From the NCBI RefSeq assembly GCF_003704095.1, contig NW_020846747.1:310001-374000 (forward strand): a stretch of 64,000 nucleotides of DNA. Direction: 5' to 3'. The notes under the pieces were generated by a model. That model did no database searches, had not been told where the DNA came from, and worked only from the letters and a program-made list of their open reading frames with translations. The position numbers were made by a program, and so were the translations under genes. Positions 13,442 to 25,835 of this stretch are shown in pieces (within the stretch, counting starts at the first letter, position 1; every line of letters begins with the position of its first letter). The DNA comes from Pocillopora damicornis. Its lineage: Eukaryota.

Positions 13442-16400
13442 ATGCCTTTCTCTTCAATCCTTCGCAGTGTTTCGCTCTTCTTGATACTTTCTTTGCTGAA
13501 AATCTCAGAAGGAGAAGGTAAGAAACTCAAAAGTCGTTTTGATTTTTCGAAAGTTTCATCGATTTTAAATTACCCCGAAGTTTAGATTTTCTTAATTTTC
13601 GAAATCAAACTGAACAAAGTAAGTTTGTTTTGTGAAATGTCTCCACTTGCAAACACAATTCTACTCTCAGCGCGAAAAATATCCATAAATTTATGCGATT
13701 TTGAAGTTAATTTTGCTACTTTTCGTTTGATATAAGTAACATTTCATAAATTTTTTCATTTTCATCTACACCTATATAAAGTCATTAATTTTTCATTACA
13801 AACAGATGTTTGTGAAACACTTTTATCCACTAGTGAAACACACTCTTCATTCAAGATTTGCCGAATTTCTAATATTTTCATATTGGATTTATGGAGAGGA
13901 AGATAGAACAGAAACCTATATGAGTTTTCAATCCAACCGAGAAATGATAAACTCGTGAAGAATGAATACGTTATTTCAAATCGTTTAACAACTCTGAGAA
14001 ATAGCATAGTTTTGAAAATAGAGACCGAAAATTAATAACTTGTTTACAGATTGCCGCGTGTTAAGGCATAAATATCCTAAAAATGAAGTAGTCCTTCTTG
14101 GTCACCTGCTCAAAAACATCACTGTGAAAATAGACAGCATTTGCCTGACACAGTGCTTTAAAGAAGCAAATTGCATGTCCTTCAACCTTGGTCCTCTTGT
14201 GGACGGAAATCACGAGTGCGAGCTGAGCAATTCGGATCACGTGATGCACCCCAATGATCTCGAGCATCGCGCAGGATTTGTCTACCAGTCATTTGAGGTA
14301 AGCAGTACAGTTAAACTCCCCCTTTTTATTACAGGGAAAACGGACGGGGATTAGTCGTCGCTGACAGAATTGACAGCCGATGAGAGAGAGATCATTAGAA
14401 TATTACAGAACCTCAGGGGGATCGGGTAAATTTCGTTGTGACACAACCAGAATACGCCGAAAAATAGTTTTTCTAACTTCAAAATTACGCTTTTGAGCAA
14501 GGTTTTAAATGCAGACGCTTTGTCTCATAAACTAAGAAAAAATGGAAAAATCCCATACACGTCCTTGGGGTTCATTTCATTTCTGGTATTATTTCCAAAG
14601 CTCGCGGAAAATGACTGAATGTCGGAGGAAAATAAACTCTTCAAAGTTAAGAACTGAAGCCGCCACAACGCTGTCAGTGAACAATATTTCCGTTCCGATG
14701 CAAACTGCGAAGAAATTTTCCTTTTTCCGGAACAGCAAAATAGACTTTTGTCGCTTTTGGACATGGTAACAACTTGATAACAACACTAGAATTACAAGAA
14801 CAATTCCCTCTCTAGCTCTTGGAAAGAACCAAAGTGATAACGAATTAGCGATTTCTAACTGTTCAAAACCCTTCAGTGCGTCATTGTAGATCAATAATGG
14901 TTTTGTAATCGTTGATTAGTTGACGACAAGAAGTTGACATGGAATGTCGTCAATCTCACGCCTTCCGTTCTACTCTTAAATTAATCTTTGCTTTGTATCT
15001 CCTGACAGAAAACATAACGTAAAATTGAAATTTCAGAAATTAGGAGATCTTTGTTTTCTTTTCCATAAATGAAATCTTCAGGAAATTGAAAAAATATGAC
15101 TTTTGTTCCTTCCGTGATACCTTAAGCAGAAGACTAACAGAATTTTATGGAGGAAACCGCTCGCGGTGGCCTGGGTACTAATAACATGATGACCGCTAAC
15201 CGGAAACGGAGCCTAGCTATGCAATATTACGACATAGACTAATTTGAAAAGCAGTCTGATATACTGCTTTGGTCCTTGAGTACGTGCTCTTCACTTGCCA
15301 AACGACTTTTCAATCGAGCCTCTCTTGAGAAGACCATAACAAAACAAACACAAAAGAGATGCACCTATATTTTTTATATCGAAGGTGATTTTTTTCCTCC
15401 ATATGTCATTGCAGAACGCTTGCCAAAGCCGTCCCTGTCCTGATGATACAGTTTGTCAAAACGGGTTCACAGAACAAGGATATCGCTGTATGCGAGGTAC
15501 TCTTGTCTCTATTTCGGGATAAGGGAAAAATTTTTTTTGTCGTCTTGTCACCAACGTAGGACAAACACTGAGTTACCATGAGTAATGAGCCTCAGACATT
15601 AGGATTCTACACTCCGATGCGCTACCACGTGCACTGAGCTACAGAAACTCTCTTATGATGAGATGAGCCAGTATCAGGTACATATGCGATATGTGTCATG
15701 CACACTACCAGGATTAACAATGTCGACTGCGTTATGCGTCTAGATAGAGTGCGATTCTCCATGGGAACTCAGTAATGTTTTTTTCCCTCGCTCGTGATGA
15801 GACGACTAATCATCTTTCCCTAATTCTTTGCAGTACTCAAAATTTATCATCTTTCTTATTATTTATTAGAATTTCTTTATTTTTGTATCCTTTAGCTAAA
15901 GTCATGCAAGCAAGTTTTCTCATCGTAGATTTCCGTGGAAGGCGCACATAAAAAAAGACATAACAATTTTTTCAAAAACATTTTGTGGTTTAGGCAACTT
16001 TTAACGGATGTAAGTCGACTTTTGAACCGGGTTATAGGGGAATTCTTTCCCAAAAAGCTTATAGCTGGCGTACAGAACTTAAAGGAAAATGTAAATGCTT
16101 TGATCAATATAGGTTTGCGTATACGAAGCAATAATACAAAGTATATGTGACCTTTTTCAGGCCTTCTTCCTTCTGTGACAATTACACCTCAGACGAAAGT
16201 CACTAAGGAGGGAAGGAACGTGACATTCATATGTAACGTCACTGGACAGTTTAGCGCTAAAGTCACGTGGGACAGGCTCCAAGGAAGTTTGTTAGATTCG
16301 CGAAGCGTAATTGACGCGGTGGCGCTTACCATTTTAAACGTCAGCAAAAACGACACGGGTTCCTATGTGTGTACGGCCACAAGCATTATGGGAAGCAATT

Positions 16401-17305
16401 CATCAACTGCACGGCTTGAGGTGTATTCGGGTCTTAAGTTTATCAGCAGACTACCATCCTCTGTACTTTTGTACAACGGTCAGACGCGGAAGCTGTTTTG
16501 TTCCATCTCAAGTGACTTGGCAGTCAACGTTTCGTGGATGTTCAATGGAACATCATCGTTTTCTCAAGGCGTGATTTTTGACTCCTTCGACAAACTGATT
16601 GTTTTATCGGCCAATTTCAGTCATGAAGGAAATTACAGTTGCAATGCCATTGATAAAGTGAGCTACCTACAAGGCAATGTCGTTGTTCGTGTCAAGTACC
16701 CTGAAACCTGCACTAAAGTGAGGGCAAACATCAGTGACGTCAGTGGTAACTACGTCATCGATCCTGACGGCGAACTTGGCGAGGATCCTTTTTCAGTTTA
16801 TTGTAACATGACTGACAAAGGAGGTGTTGGAGTGGCAGTTGTCAGTCACGACAGCGAGAAGAAAACCCACGTGAAAGGATTTGAGTTACCAGAGCACTAT
16901 ACACGTAAAGTACACTACATTGGTACCAGCCTCTTTCAATTAGCGGCTTTGACACAAGCTTCAGAGAAGTGTGAGCAATTCATTAAAGTCGAATGCCACG
17001 GAGCTACAATAAATGAAGCATACTGGTTGTCACGAGAGGGTGAAAAAATGAAGTACTGGGGAGGAGTTCCTCACGGGAAAGGGTGCGCATGCGGACTGAC
17101 AAACTCCTGTGACGCTCCAAAACGGCATTGTAACTGTGCAACGAATGACTATGTTTGGCGGAAGGACAGCGGTCTTCTTACTAACAGGAGTCACCTTCCA
17201 GTCATTCAGCTGAACTTTGGTGATACGGGAGATAGCAATGAAGAACTCTTTTATACTCTGGGTAAACTGCGGTGCTATACTTCTGCCGGAATGACACCAA
17301 AGTGA
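13442..17305 (+). CDS. Array gene 1: secreted SP-PAN/apple-(truncated EGF)-Ig-Ig-fibrinogen-related protein, 516 aa; exons 13442-13517, 14050-14297, 15415-15496, 16161-17305
   Basis: Hydrophobic signal exon MPFSSILRSVSLFLILSLLKISEG; PAN motif CLTQCFKEANCMSFN..CELSNS; Ig motifs C..VTW..DTGSYVC and C..VSW..EGNYSC; Caspr-type FReD SGNYVIDPDG..FSVYCNM..CEQFIKVEC..YWGG..CACG..CNC..LPVIQL..LGKLRC; intron phases 1,0,1 keep frame. Confidence 0.88.
15525..15865. mobile_element. Degenerate copy of tRNA-derived SINE-like family A
   Basis: Similar to 29645-29970 (cgtcttgtcac...ggacaaa, ctcagac..ggatt, ctgagctacaga). Confidence 0.6.
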
Positions 17306-17564
17306 TATGATCGTGCACTGCAGGTCTAACACGCGAGAGCCTGTTAAACCATCCCAAAGAGGACTGGAATTGCACCTTTTGTACAAACGCGCTCGCCAGT
17401 CTTCACTAGCAAATGAGTTGCTTTGGGAGAGGCCGAGATAGTATTTCTGCCGACAAAAAAAATTGAAAAAAATTAGTCATAGAGAGGACGAGAAAACAGT
17501 GGGAAGCTCCAAATTTACTGATTCGCGTTTCGCCCAAATCACCACAGGAATCGCCACACCAATC

Positions 17565-17568
17565 GCTC

Positions 17569-17598
<30 letters not shown>
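17565..17598 (+). ncRNA. Minimal type I hammerhead ribozyme motif within a Penelope-type repeat (repeat about 17561-17660)
   Basis: GCT-CTGACGA-A-GGGC(TAAC)GCTT-GAAA-C-GTC^AGC: core CUGANGA/GAAA/GUC, stem I GCU:AGC, stem II GGGC:GCUU, palindromic ACGT stem III. Confidence 0.65.
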
Positions 17599-17601
<3 letters not shown>

Positions 17602-17869
17602 TTTACTCTTTCCGGTGGCCAATTAACGTTTTCAAGTCAGTTGTTAACACTAAAATTACCTGCTCACCACAAGAAGCCCACTCAAAGGGTGTGATTGATT
17701 GAAAATTTGAATTTGGAGGATATGGTTGGAAATATCGAGAAGCTTTAGCCACGGAAATGGCAATATAGAAACATACTAGGAGAAATAACATTTATTTTGA
17801 TGTTGAATATTCGTCAAAATTTATCTCGAGGCATGATAAGGAGCTTTCCGATATTTCCATTTATTTTTT

Positions 17870-18420
17870 TTTCAAGGTGCACGGTAACGAATCCTGCGAT
17901 CTGATTGGTTCTTTACCCGGTCTGTATTTTCCTATCTCTGCCCACGGGCAACGGTAACGCTTTCGTGAGTCGCCGAGTACATGTCTACTTTCTTGCCATT
18001 TTTCATAAATATATCTCGTTTTCCGGCTGGGCAGTATTTTTGAGCAAAGACGTCGGTCACTACTTCAAGCCGATGAATAACTTATTAATCCTCTCTTTTC
18101 TCTCTCTCAAAATATTGGTTTCAGAATGAATTTGTATAAACAATAGTGTCATTACCTTGGTTGACAAGCGGCCTAAAAACCGTCTGCAATTAATTTTAAT
18201 CGTTCACGGAAAGTACCTAGAAAGTTAAAACGTGAGGTATTTGCATTGGTTACAGTTGAAGTTATCGATGGAACTTTCATTTATTTAATATCTGAATTTT
18301 CTCAAACAATTTGTTCGTAGTGAAAGAGCGAGCGCAGTTTTAATTTTCAAGACCAAGGTCACAGTTTTTCACCATACGGACCGACCCTTAGCCGGTAAAT
18401 AACATATTTATATTTTCTCT
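17870..18420. mobile_element. Interspersed repeat (unclassified non-autonomous element)
   Basis: Recognised-from-memory coral repeat ends (gatctgattggttc...cacagtttttcaccatacggaccgacccttagccggtaaataac); no coding signal. Confidence 0.45.
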
Positions 18421-20389
18421 AAACTTCAATCGAAGTACAAGCCAATCTGACAATTGTGTGGGTACTCTGTGGTCAAACCGGTTCTTTACGAGCAAGAGTC
18501 TTAGGGAAAGGATCTGAGCCAGCGTGACTGCTGTTTTCGTGAAAACGCTTAAACACCCGCATGATTATAAAAAGGTTATCCTTCGCGGTGATTTAAGCCA
18601 AATAAAAGGCAACTCGAGGTTACTATGTGGCGCCAAGACAATTTTCAGTTTCGCTTCAAGTGCACATTGGTAACAATAAAGCCTAACGCTGTAATAAATT
18701 CTGCAGGCATCAGTCCGTTTTCGATACAAGAAGATAAAAACTTTTATACTAGAAATCCAAGATAGGGCCAAGCCAGTCCGATAAGAGTGAAAATCTTCTC
18801 TCATTATGAAGTGGAAACGATGCCAAAGTCTTGATGCCAAGGATTCAAATTTACATTTGGCTCTTGCGGCAGCGAGTGCAAGTACGTTTATCGAGATTTG
18901 AAGCAGGTGGGAAGTTTGGAGAGCACAGGAGATTCGTAAAGGGCATCTTCATCCGACTTACTTCACATCAATATCGAAAAAAATTGATCATTCTGGATTG
19001 ATGTAAATATGTTTTATTTTACGTAAAGAATTTTACGGAACCTTTTCCAACAGAATTAACCTCGGATTAACCTTTAGGAAATATTATGGTAAATAATACT
19101 CGTAATTTCATAAGCTGTAGTTCCTCATTGATACGAGGAACTGGTTTCAAATTCAGCACAATAGCTTAGAACACATTTGACACACGAAAAACAAATGTAA
19201 ATCACTCGGTAGATTTAGAGTTTTTTTTCCCTTAGCAGTATAATTTTGCAACTGATAAATAGACAAAAAAAACTTTGCGGCATCGTAATGTAAAAACGGC
19301 TAGATTAAATTGTTTGAAATTCAGTCAATAGTGATGCCTTACCCCTAAAATTAAAATCTTGTTCGAGGACTTTTTCGAAACTGTCCCCAAAAACTGTTTA
19401 ATTGGATTTCCCCATAACGCCAGCATAACAATGACGATTGCCATACCACGCCCACCACTGCAACTTTGGCAAGATAATTTAAAATGTTTGTATTCTCTTA
19501 CCTTTGGTCAACACAGGTGTGGAAATCATTTGAGCAAAAAGGAAAAACTGTATTCAGCCTCCCTAAATCTTTTTTTTTTCCGGACGAAGGTGTGTTGTGT
19601 GATTGGGTATATTCCGTGTCAAAACCAAAAGACAGTCGCCTAACTAAAAGATGCTCATTATAATATGAAAATGTGGTCTTTTGAACATGTTGAAGATCGC
19701 ACTGTACTCCAAACGGGAAGAAAATTAATAACGTGAATTGATGAGTAGGCAATTTCCTGGTAGCACAATTCATGCGCTGTGAAGCGAAAGTTCAATTATA
19801 TAAAGCCTTGATTATGAAAATGAAATTTCACTCTCTTCCAAATATAACTGCTTTACACAAGAAAGGTTTACGTTATCAAAGGGTGATCGATTCGTACCTG
19901 TCCTAACATTTAGTAACGACCAAACCTAGCTGAACACACGTTGATTATTGTGTACGACAAGTTAGTCAAGAGAGTAAGATTTCTGTTCCGTATACCAGTG
20001 ATCTCCTTAAGACCTCCTAACATGATCAACTAAATTATTGCCTAGCAGAAGGTAAGTGTGACATTTCTAATAAAACAGTTTATTGTCTTTCCAAACATTT
20101 AGCTAATTAGTGTATCGTGCAAGTTCATTAGCGGTGATAAGAAATCGACCTTACTTCAAACATATTTAACAGGCAAAACATAGATTATTAGTTTCGGTAT
20201 GGAGTGAGTCAACTGGCTGATTACGAATGATCTCAGCTGGGCACGAATCCACTGATTGTAAACGATTGTGCGTAAAACACGACTGGTAACCTATCAAAGA
20301 GAAGGTTTATAGGACTCGGAGTGGAACTATCGTGGTCTATTTGTGTATTTAAGTAATTATGTCTAATTAGCTCATGTTTCGACAAACGA

Positions 20390-20905
20390 ATTCCGTTTCA
20401 AGCCGTAAATACAACTTGTTTTTCAGTTGGTGTAAATTGGTCTTATTTTCTATTTTCGAAGATTGGCAATTACTACGTGAACTTTTTCAATACTGCTGGC
20501 AAGAAAGGGTTTACTTTGCCCCTCCAACAATTCGATGCCTTACATGAATGAAACGGAAATAACATAATTTTCTGGTTTATAGGGAAAATTCAATGTCATA
20601 CAACGAAATATTGAGTTGTTTGGACATCTGGTTAACAGCTTTAAGTTATTTGTGCTTAATAATTTGAGCGTCGATAATTGGATTACAAGACTTTAAAGAA
20701 GTGGGCCTTAATTATAAACATTATACATTGGCAAAGTTGAACTACTATCAAAAATTGATACACTTTCAACAGTTATGCTTACATAGTCAGAGCAGGTGAT
20801 AATGTAAATTATTTACTGCTGCGACGGCGGAGAAAAAACTCAAACAAAGTGAGGATTTTATACTTTGTGTTCGAAACGGTATGAAAAACAAGTCTATGCA
20901 AGATT
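20390..20905 (+). promoter_or_regulatory. Upstream block conserved among array genes 2, 3 and 4
   Basis: Alignable with 25290-25835 and 33005-33414, including AGCAGGTG (E-box) about 115-135 nt before each ATG. Confidence 0.65.
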
Positions 20906-23900
20906 ATGGAAACGTTTCAAGTTCTCTTTCTTATTGCAATCTTGGGTACAAATTGCTCGGCGTTGAACGAAGGTGAGCATTTAGGTGTTATTTAGGCACA
21001 GAATTGAGTACAAGTGGCCATACTCGACACCTGTGAATTACCTGATAGTCTTTTATCACTTTGTAGAAACGATATGTTGTCCTAGAAACCCACCATTGGG
21101 TACGAGTGGAAAAGATGTCACTTACTGCTATGACAAACATGCACGCAAACCCGATTGCAAGATTTTACATAATGGTTACTTCTGGGATGATTTAAATGAA
21201 TCAGGACTGTATAATTGCCTCGACGCGTGTTTCTGTTTAAATTTTAGGTGACGTAAGTTCACTGAAAGATCTTCAGTTTCACATGAAGGATTTTATCTCA
21301 ACTGGCCATGTGTTGTTTAAAGCGCATGCTCCTAGCGCCTGAATTCATTGTTGCCGTAAAAAATAACTCTCCTTCCCGCGAAATAATTCTCTTGAATTTG
21401 GGAAAATCCTCTTTTTTATGTAAGCCTGTTAGATCCTTAGGATTTCCGTCTGAGTCCGAGCGAAAAGAGATTTATGAAGGTCCAGAGCTGTGAAGTCAAT
21501 CTAAATCTTTCAAACTCTTTCATCTTTCGTTCTACTTTTCCTATAATTTATTAGCTTTGCTTGGCGCGGGAATGGTGCGGTGATTTTTTTTTTTCATTCT
21601 TAGAGGAGTGTCGACAGGTGGAAATGGATCATTTGATCCACGACTTTTTCTTGGAGAATCACGTGATCAGGAGGCGGGAGATAATATCAGCTAGCGCCTG
21701 TGAAGTGAGTTGTTATATGGCGGCAGACTGTGTCTCTTACAACCTGAGACAGCCACAGGATCCAGATGGAGGGTATCTATGTGAACTGAACAATTCTACA
21801 AACGAAATTCATCCCTTTGATGTCAAATACGAAAAGGGAGCTGTCTATCAATCATTCATGGTAACCTTAATTCAATCATTATAAGTTTCGTCAGAAGCCA
21901 GTATTGCGACTGTTTCAGTGATATCATATATTAATTCATACTGTCCCATGACGCGTAATGTCGTTTCATCCTATCCCGTTTCAGGTCAGTCATGTAATGG
22001 GATGTCATGACCTGTGATGTGATGTCATGACATGTGATGTTATGTCATGCTGTCATGCCATATATATATACGTCACATCAAGCCACGTCATGTCAGTCCA
22101 TTTCATATCATGTCATTTCCTTCCGAACCCATTTCAGGCAATATCATCCGAACCCATTTCAAGTAATGCAGAGCTAAGTCATGTCAAGTGTTGGTATCAC
22201 ATGCCATGCCTCGTCGTACTATGTCAAGTCATTTCATGTCAGTTATGCCATGTTTTGTCATACCATTCCTTGTCAGGTCATGTCCATCGATGCTATATCG
22301 TACAATGTTGTATCAATTATGTCATAAGTTTTATCTAATATGACGATATACCATAATATACCAGTTATGTGATTTTTGTCTTACCATTCCATGTCAGGTC
22401 ATGTAAGTCTACAACATGTTATGTTAAGTCATATTATGTTATGTCATCCATTTTCACGAATTGAAATCTTGTCATGCTTTTTCGTGGGTGTCACAACATA
22501 GAATGTCATACCATGATGCATCAGCCACGTCCTGTTTTTTCATCCCTTTCCACGTCGGTTGATTATGTTATAATGATGCCACACCTTGTTAACTTAACCA
22601 TACCACAGCAAGCAATTAGATGCCATAGCTAATAAGAATAAACCAAAAGGATCGGACGAGGCCACTATGGCAGACTCACCATTTATACCAACATCAACTT
22701 TCTCTGCCTCACAGAACCCTTGCTCTAGTAATCCCTGTTCTGCGATCCAGCGATGCCAAACAGAATTCACCCGCAAAGGTTATCGCTGTGTTTGCATAAA
22801 TGGACACTTTGGAAGAGACTGCACTGAAGGTATGTTGCACTGACTGTGTCTAAAAATTATTCGTCCAATACAGATATCGAAGTTCAATTCAATTACCATA
22901 CGATTCCATTTTTGTCTTTTTCTCGAGCGAAAAGAGGAAGACTCTTGACCTAAAAGAACCTAAGGCCACGCTTGGCAACCGAATGACATCCATAAGTCGT
23001 TTCCGATTTTTTCTCCTCCCTTCTCTAGTTTTTCTTTTTTTTTCAAAATAAACGTGTTTTTTCTTGTCTTTTGGAAACTGTAGCACCTCCATACGTGCAA
23101 GTGTTTCCCGATGTTATCGATACTGAAGAAGGAAAAACCACTTACGCGAGATGTAAAATTGTCAGTTTTCCTCCCCCACACTTGGTCACATGGAGCCGCT
23201 CTCAAGGAAGTCTTCCTTCCCATTTTCTATATAAAGAGTATTTATTCCTGAGATACGTCACTAAACAAGACAGTGGGTCGTATGTGTGTACTGCAACAAA
23301 TACCTGGGGCACAGACTCATCCTCAGTTCAGCTGAGAGTCCACGCTCCCCTCAAGTTCACCATCAAACCTCCTCCGTTAGTGATAGTGAAGGCTTATGAG
23401 GTTCTTGTACTGCCGTGTTCTGCTTCAAGCTTTCTAACTCCAAGAATGTTTTGGACCTATAGCAAGACCTGGTCCTTGCCTAGTGGTGCAAGTGTTGATT
23501 CGTCAAATAATTTAACTCTTACATCTGCGAATTTCAATCATGTTGGTGTTTACACTTGCACTGCGTATAATGCAGTCAGAGTCATTCGAGCAAGAGTCAC
23601 CGTTTATGTCAAGTATCCCGACACCTGCGCCAGAGTAAAGACAGACATCAGTGAAGTAAGTGGCTATTATATCATTGATCCTGACGGTGTTCTTGGCGAG
23701 GATCCATTTCTTGTTTATTGTAACATGAGTGATCAAGGAGGCGTTGGAGTGACAGTTGTCAGTCACGACAGTGAGGAAAGAATCCATGTCACAGGATACG
23801 ACGCGCGTGGGAGCTACAGCCGTGACATTCACTACCGCTACAGCAACCTCTCACAGATCAAAAGACTGATAAACGTGTCAGGAAACTGCCATCAATTTAT

Positions 23901-24201
23901 CAAATATGAATGCTATGGTGCTACATTAAGGCTGGGCTATATGAGTTGGTGGGTTTCACGTAATGGTCAGACCATGAGGTATTGGGGCGGAGCTTCTCAG
24001 GGATGCGCATGCGGAGTGACTAACTCCTGCGCCCGAATAGACAAGCCCTGTAATTGTGATAAAAATGATTTTGTTTGGCGGGAGGACAGTGGCTTTTTGA
24101 CAATCAAATCTGACCTTCCTGTCATTCAGCTGAGATTCGGTGACACTGGTGATGCTAATGAGGAAGGATATCACACTCTAGGAAAACTGGAATGCTACTG
24201 A
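20906..24201 (+). CDS. Array gene 2: secreted SP-PAN-EGF-Ig-Ig-FReD protein, 518 aa; exons 20906-20972, 21604-21860, 22715-22829, 23084-24201
   Basis: Signal METFQVLFLIAILGTNCSA; PAN CEVSCYMAADCVSYN..CELNNS; EGF NPCSSNPCSAIQRCQTEFTRKGYRCVCINGHFGRDC; two Ig domains and FReD; GT-AG, 1557 nt open. Confidence 0.9.
21945..22520. repeat. Degenerate (CATGT)n pentamer satellite in gene 2 intron 2
   Basis: Repeated tcatg/atgtc units. Confidence 0.85.
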
Positions 24202-25835
24202 TGAACTTGAAGTTATTTCATTAAATGAAATTTTCCTTAACTGTGAAACCGGTTTTGATCTTTACATACGTGGGCGAAAGATTTGGATGAAGTTGACTCG
24301 CCGCAAGTTTGACACCTTAAGGAATGGAAAACAAGAAACATTTTTGTGAACTTTTGCAATAATTTAACTTTTCCCTTAACCAGGAATGGTGGTTTAATTT
24401 CTGTCTTTAATTTTCTTGGAGCCATATCCACAAGGCATGTGTGAGAAGGCAATTACAACAAAATTTTCAAGTTTTGTTTGGAAGAGGTTGTCATGGAGAA
24501 AGAAATACCACTCGTCTATTTGCATACTTAACAAAAACATTTTTTTTCTTCGTTGTATTCCACAATTTAATTTTTAAATTTAACAAGCTATGAGCCATAT
24601 TCTAAACACGCCCAAACTTCTCATTGGTCAAGAAACTTAAATTCTTGTTAGAGTAGACCTCAAGCCGCAGATTGCCAAGAAAAAAAGAAATGCCTCAAAA
24701 TGACATTACCTAATTCTTTCAATTATTGGAGATATTTTTTTTTCTCGAACGGAGGACCCCTTGAATTATTAACTTAGTGTGCTTACTTAGATAGTTCTGG
24801 AAAAAGATTGTGTGTAGTTTGATATCAGATCTTTTATAAACACTTTTCGGCGCTCAGCGTAATGTCAGACTCGAAATCAAGAGAAGAAGAAGATCGCGTC
24901 GACTCGAGACCCCCTCAACAACTAGATGAGTTTGTTTCTTTGTTGTCCAAGGATCAACTCCCCGAGCTATGCTTGTTTCACCGTTAATTTCTTCCGAAAC
25001 GCATGAAACTCAATCCTTTCTTGAACAAAATTTCATGCAATTTGGTGTAAATAGACATTTTCCGAGTTGCACAATTCTTCCTCTGTGAAACTGAGACTGG
25101 TGCAAAGCCTTTAATATTAACATAAATTTTGCGTTTTTTTCCAAATATGACTCCATCACATGAGAAAGGTCATCGTGATGAAAGCGAGGGTTTTCAAACT
25201 CACAATGGACCTATTGTTTTCATACTGGTATATTGGTATATTTGTTTATCTTTGTAGTAAGTTAATTTTCTGTTTTCTTTCTTCAACTACTCTCATTTCA
25301 GGTCGCATAAACAACTTGTTTTCAAACTGTGTGTAATTTGTCTTTTTTTCAATTATTTTCCTTGGAAATCAAACATTACGCGAACAGTTAACCAAGCGGA
25401 GTTTATGTTTTGGTGTTAAAAAAGTGAAGGTTTACTTTTCGTCTTAAAAATGAGGACCTTTACATTACTAATACAAACAGAAACATTAGTTTCAATATCA
25501 TAGTCAATATCATACGAACGAAATTTTGAGTCGGTAGGACACCTGCTCACCAACTGAGTACTAAGCTTTGCTTGATAAAACGTCAATAATTTAAGCCAAA
25601 AGCATTAAAGAAGCGGGTCTTATTGACAAACAACAATTTCAAAATATTGACCATGCTTTTGAAACTTGACACACTTCCAAAAGTTATACATATATATTGA
25701 TAGCAGGTGGTAAGCTTAATTATTTACTGCTGTAACGGCCGACAAAGCACTCAAACACGAGTCACTAAAGAAACGATTGTTTTTTTTTTTTTGCACTTTC
25801 TATGCAAGAGTGCGTCAAAAAAACTTTGCAAGATT

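Noticed and set aside
19946-20056. GCAGAAG/GTAAGT donor resembling an orphan signal-peptide exon (sixth array copy)
   Set aside because: No ATG-led hydrophobic ORF and no downstream PAN exon of its own
20582-20592. NF-kB-like site GGGAAAATTC upstream of gene 2
   Set aside because: Imperfect match and not conserved in the paralogous promoters
22027-22338. Cys/His/Met-rich ORFs (also 36365-36685 and 40484-41089)
   Set aside because: Translations of intronic CATG-rich satellites
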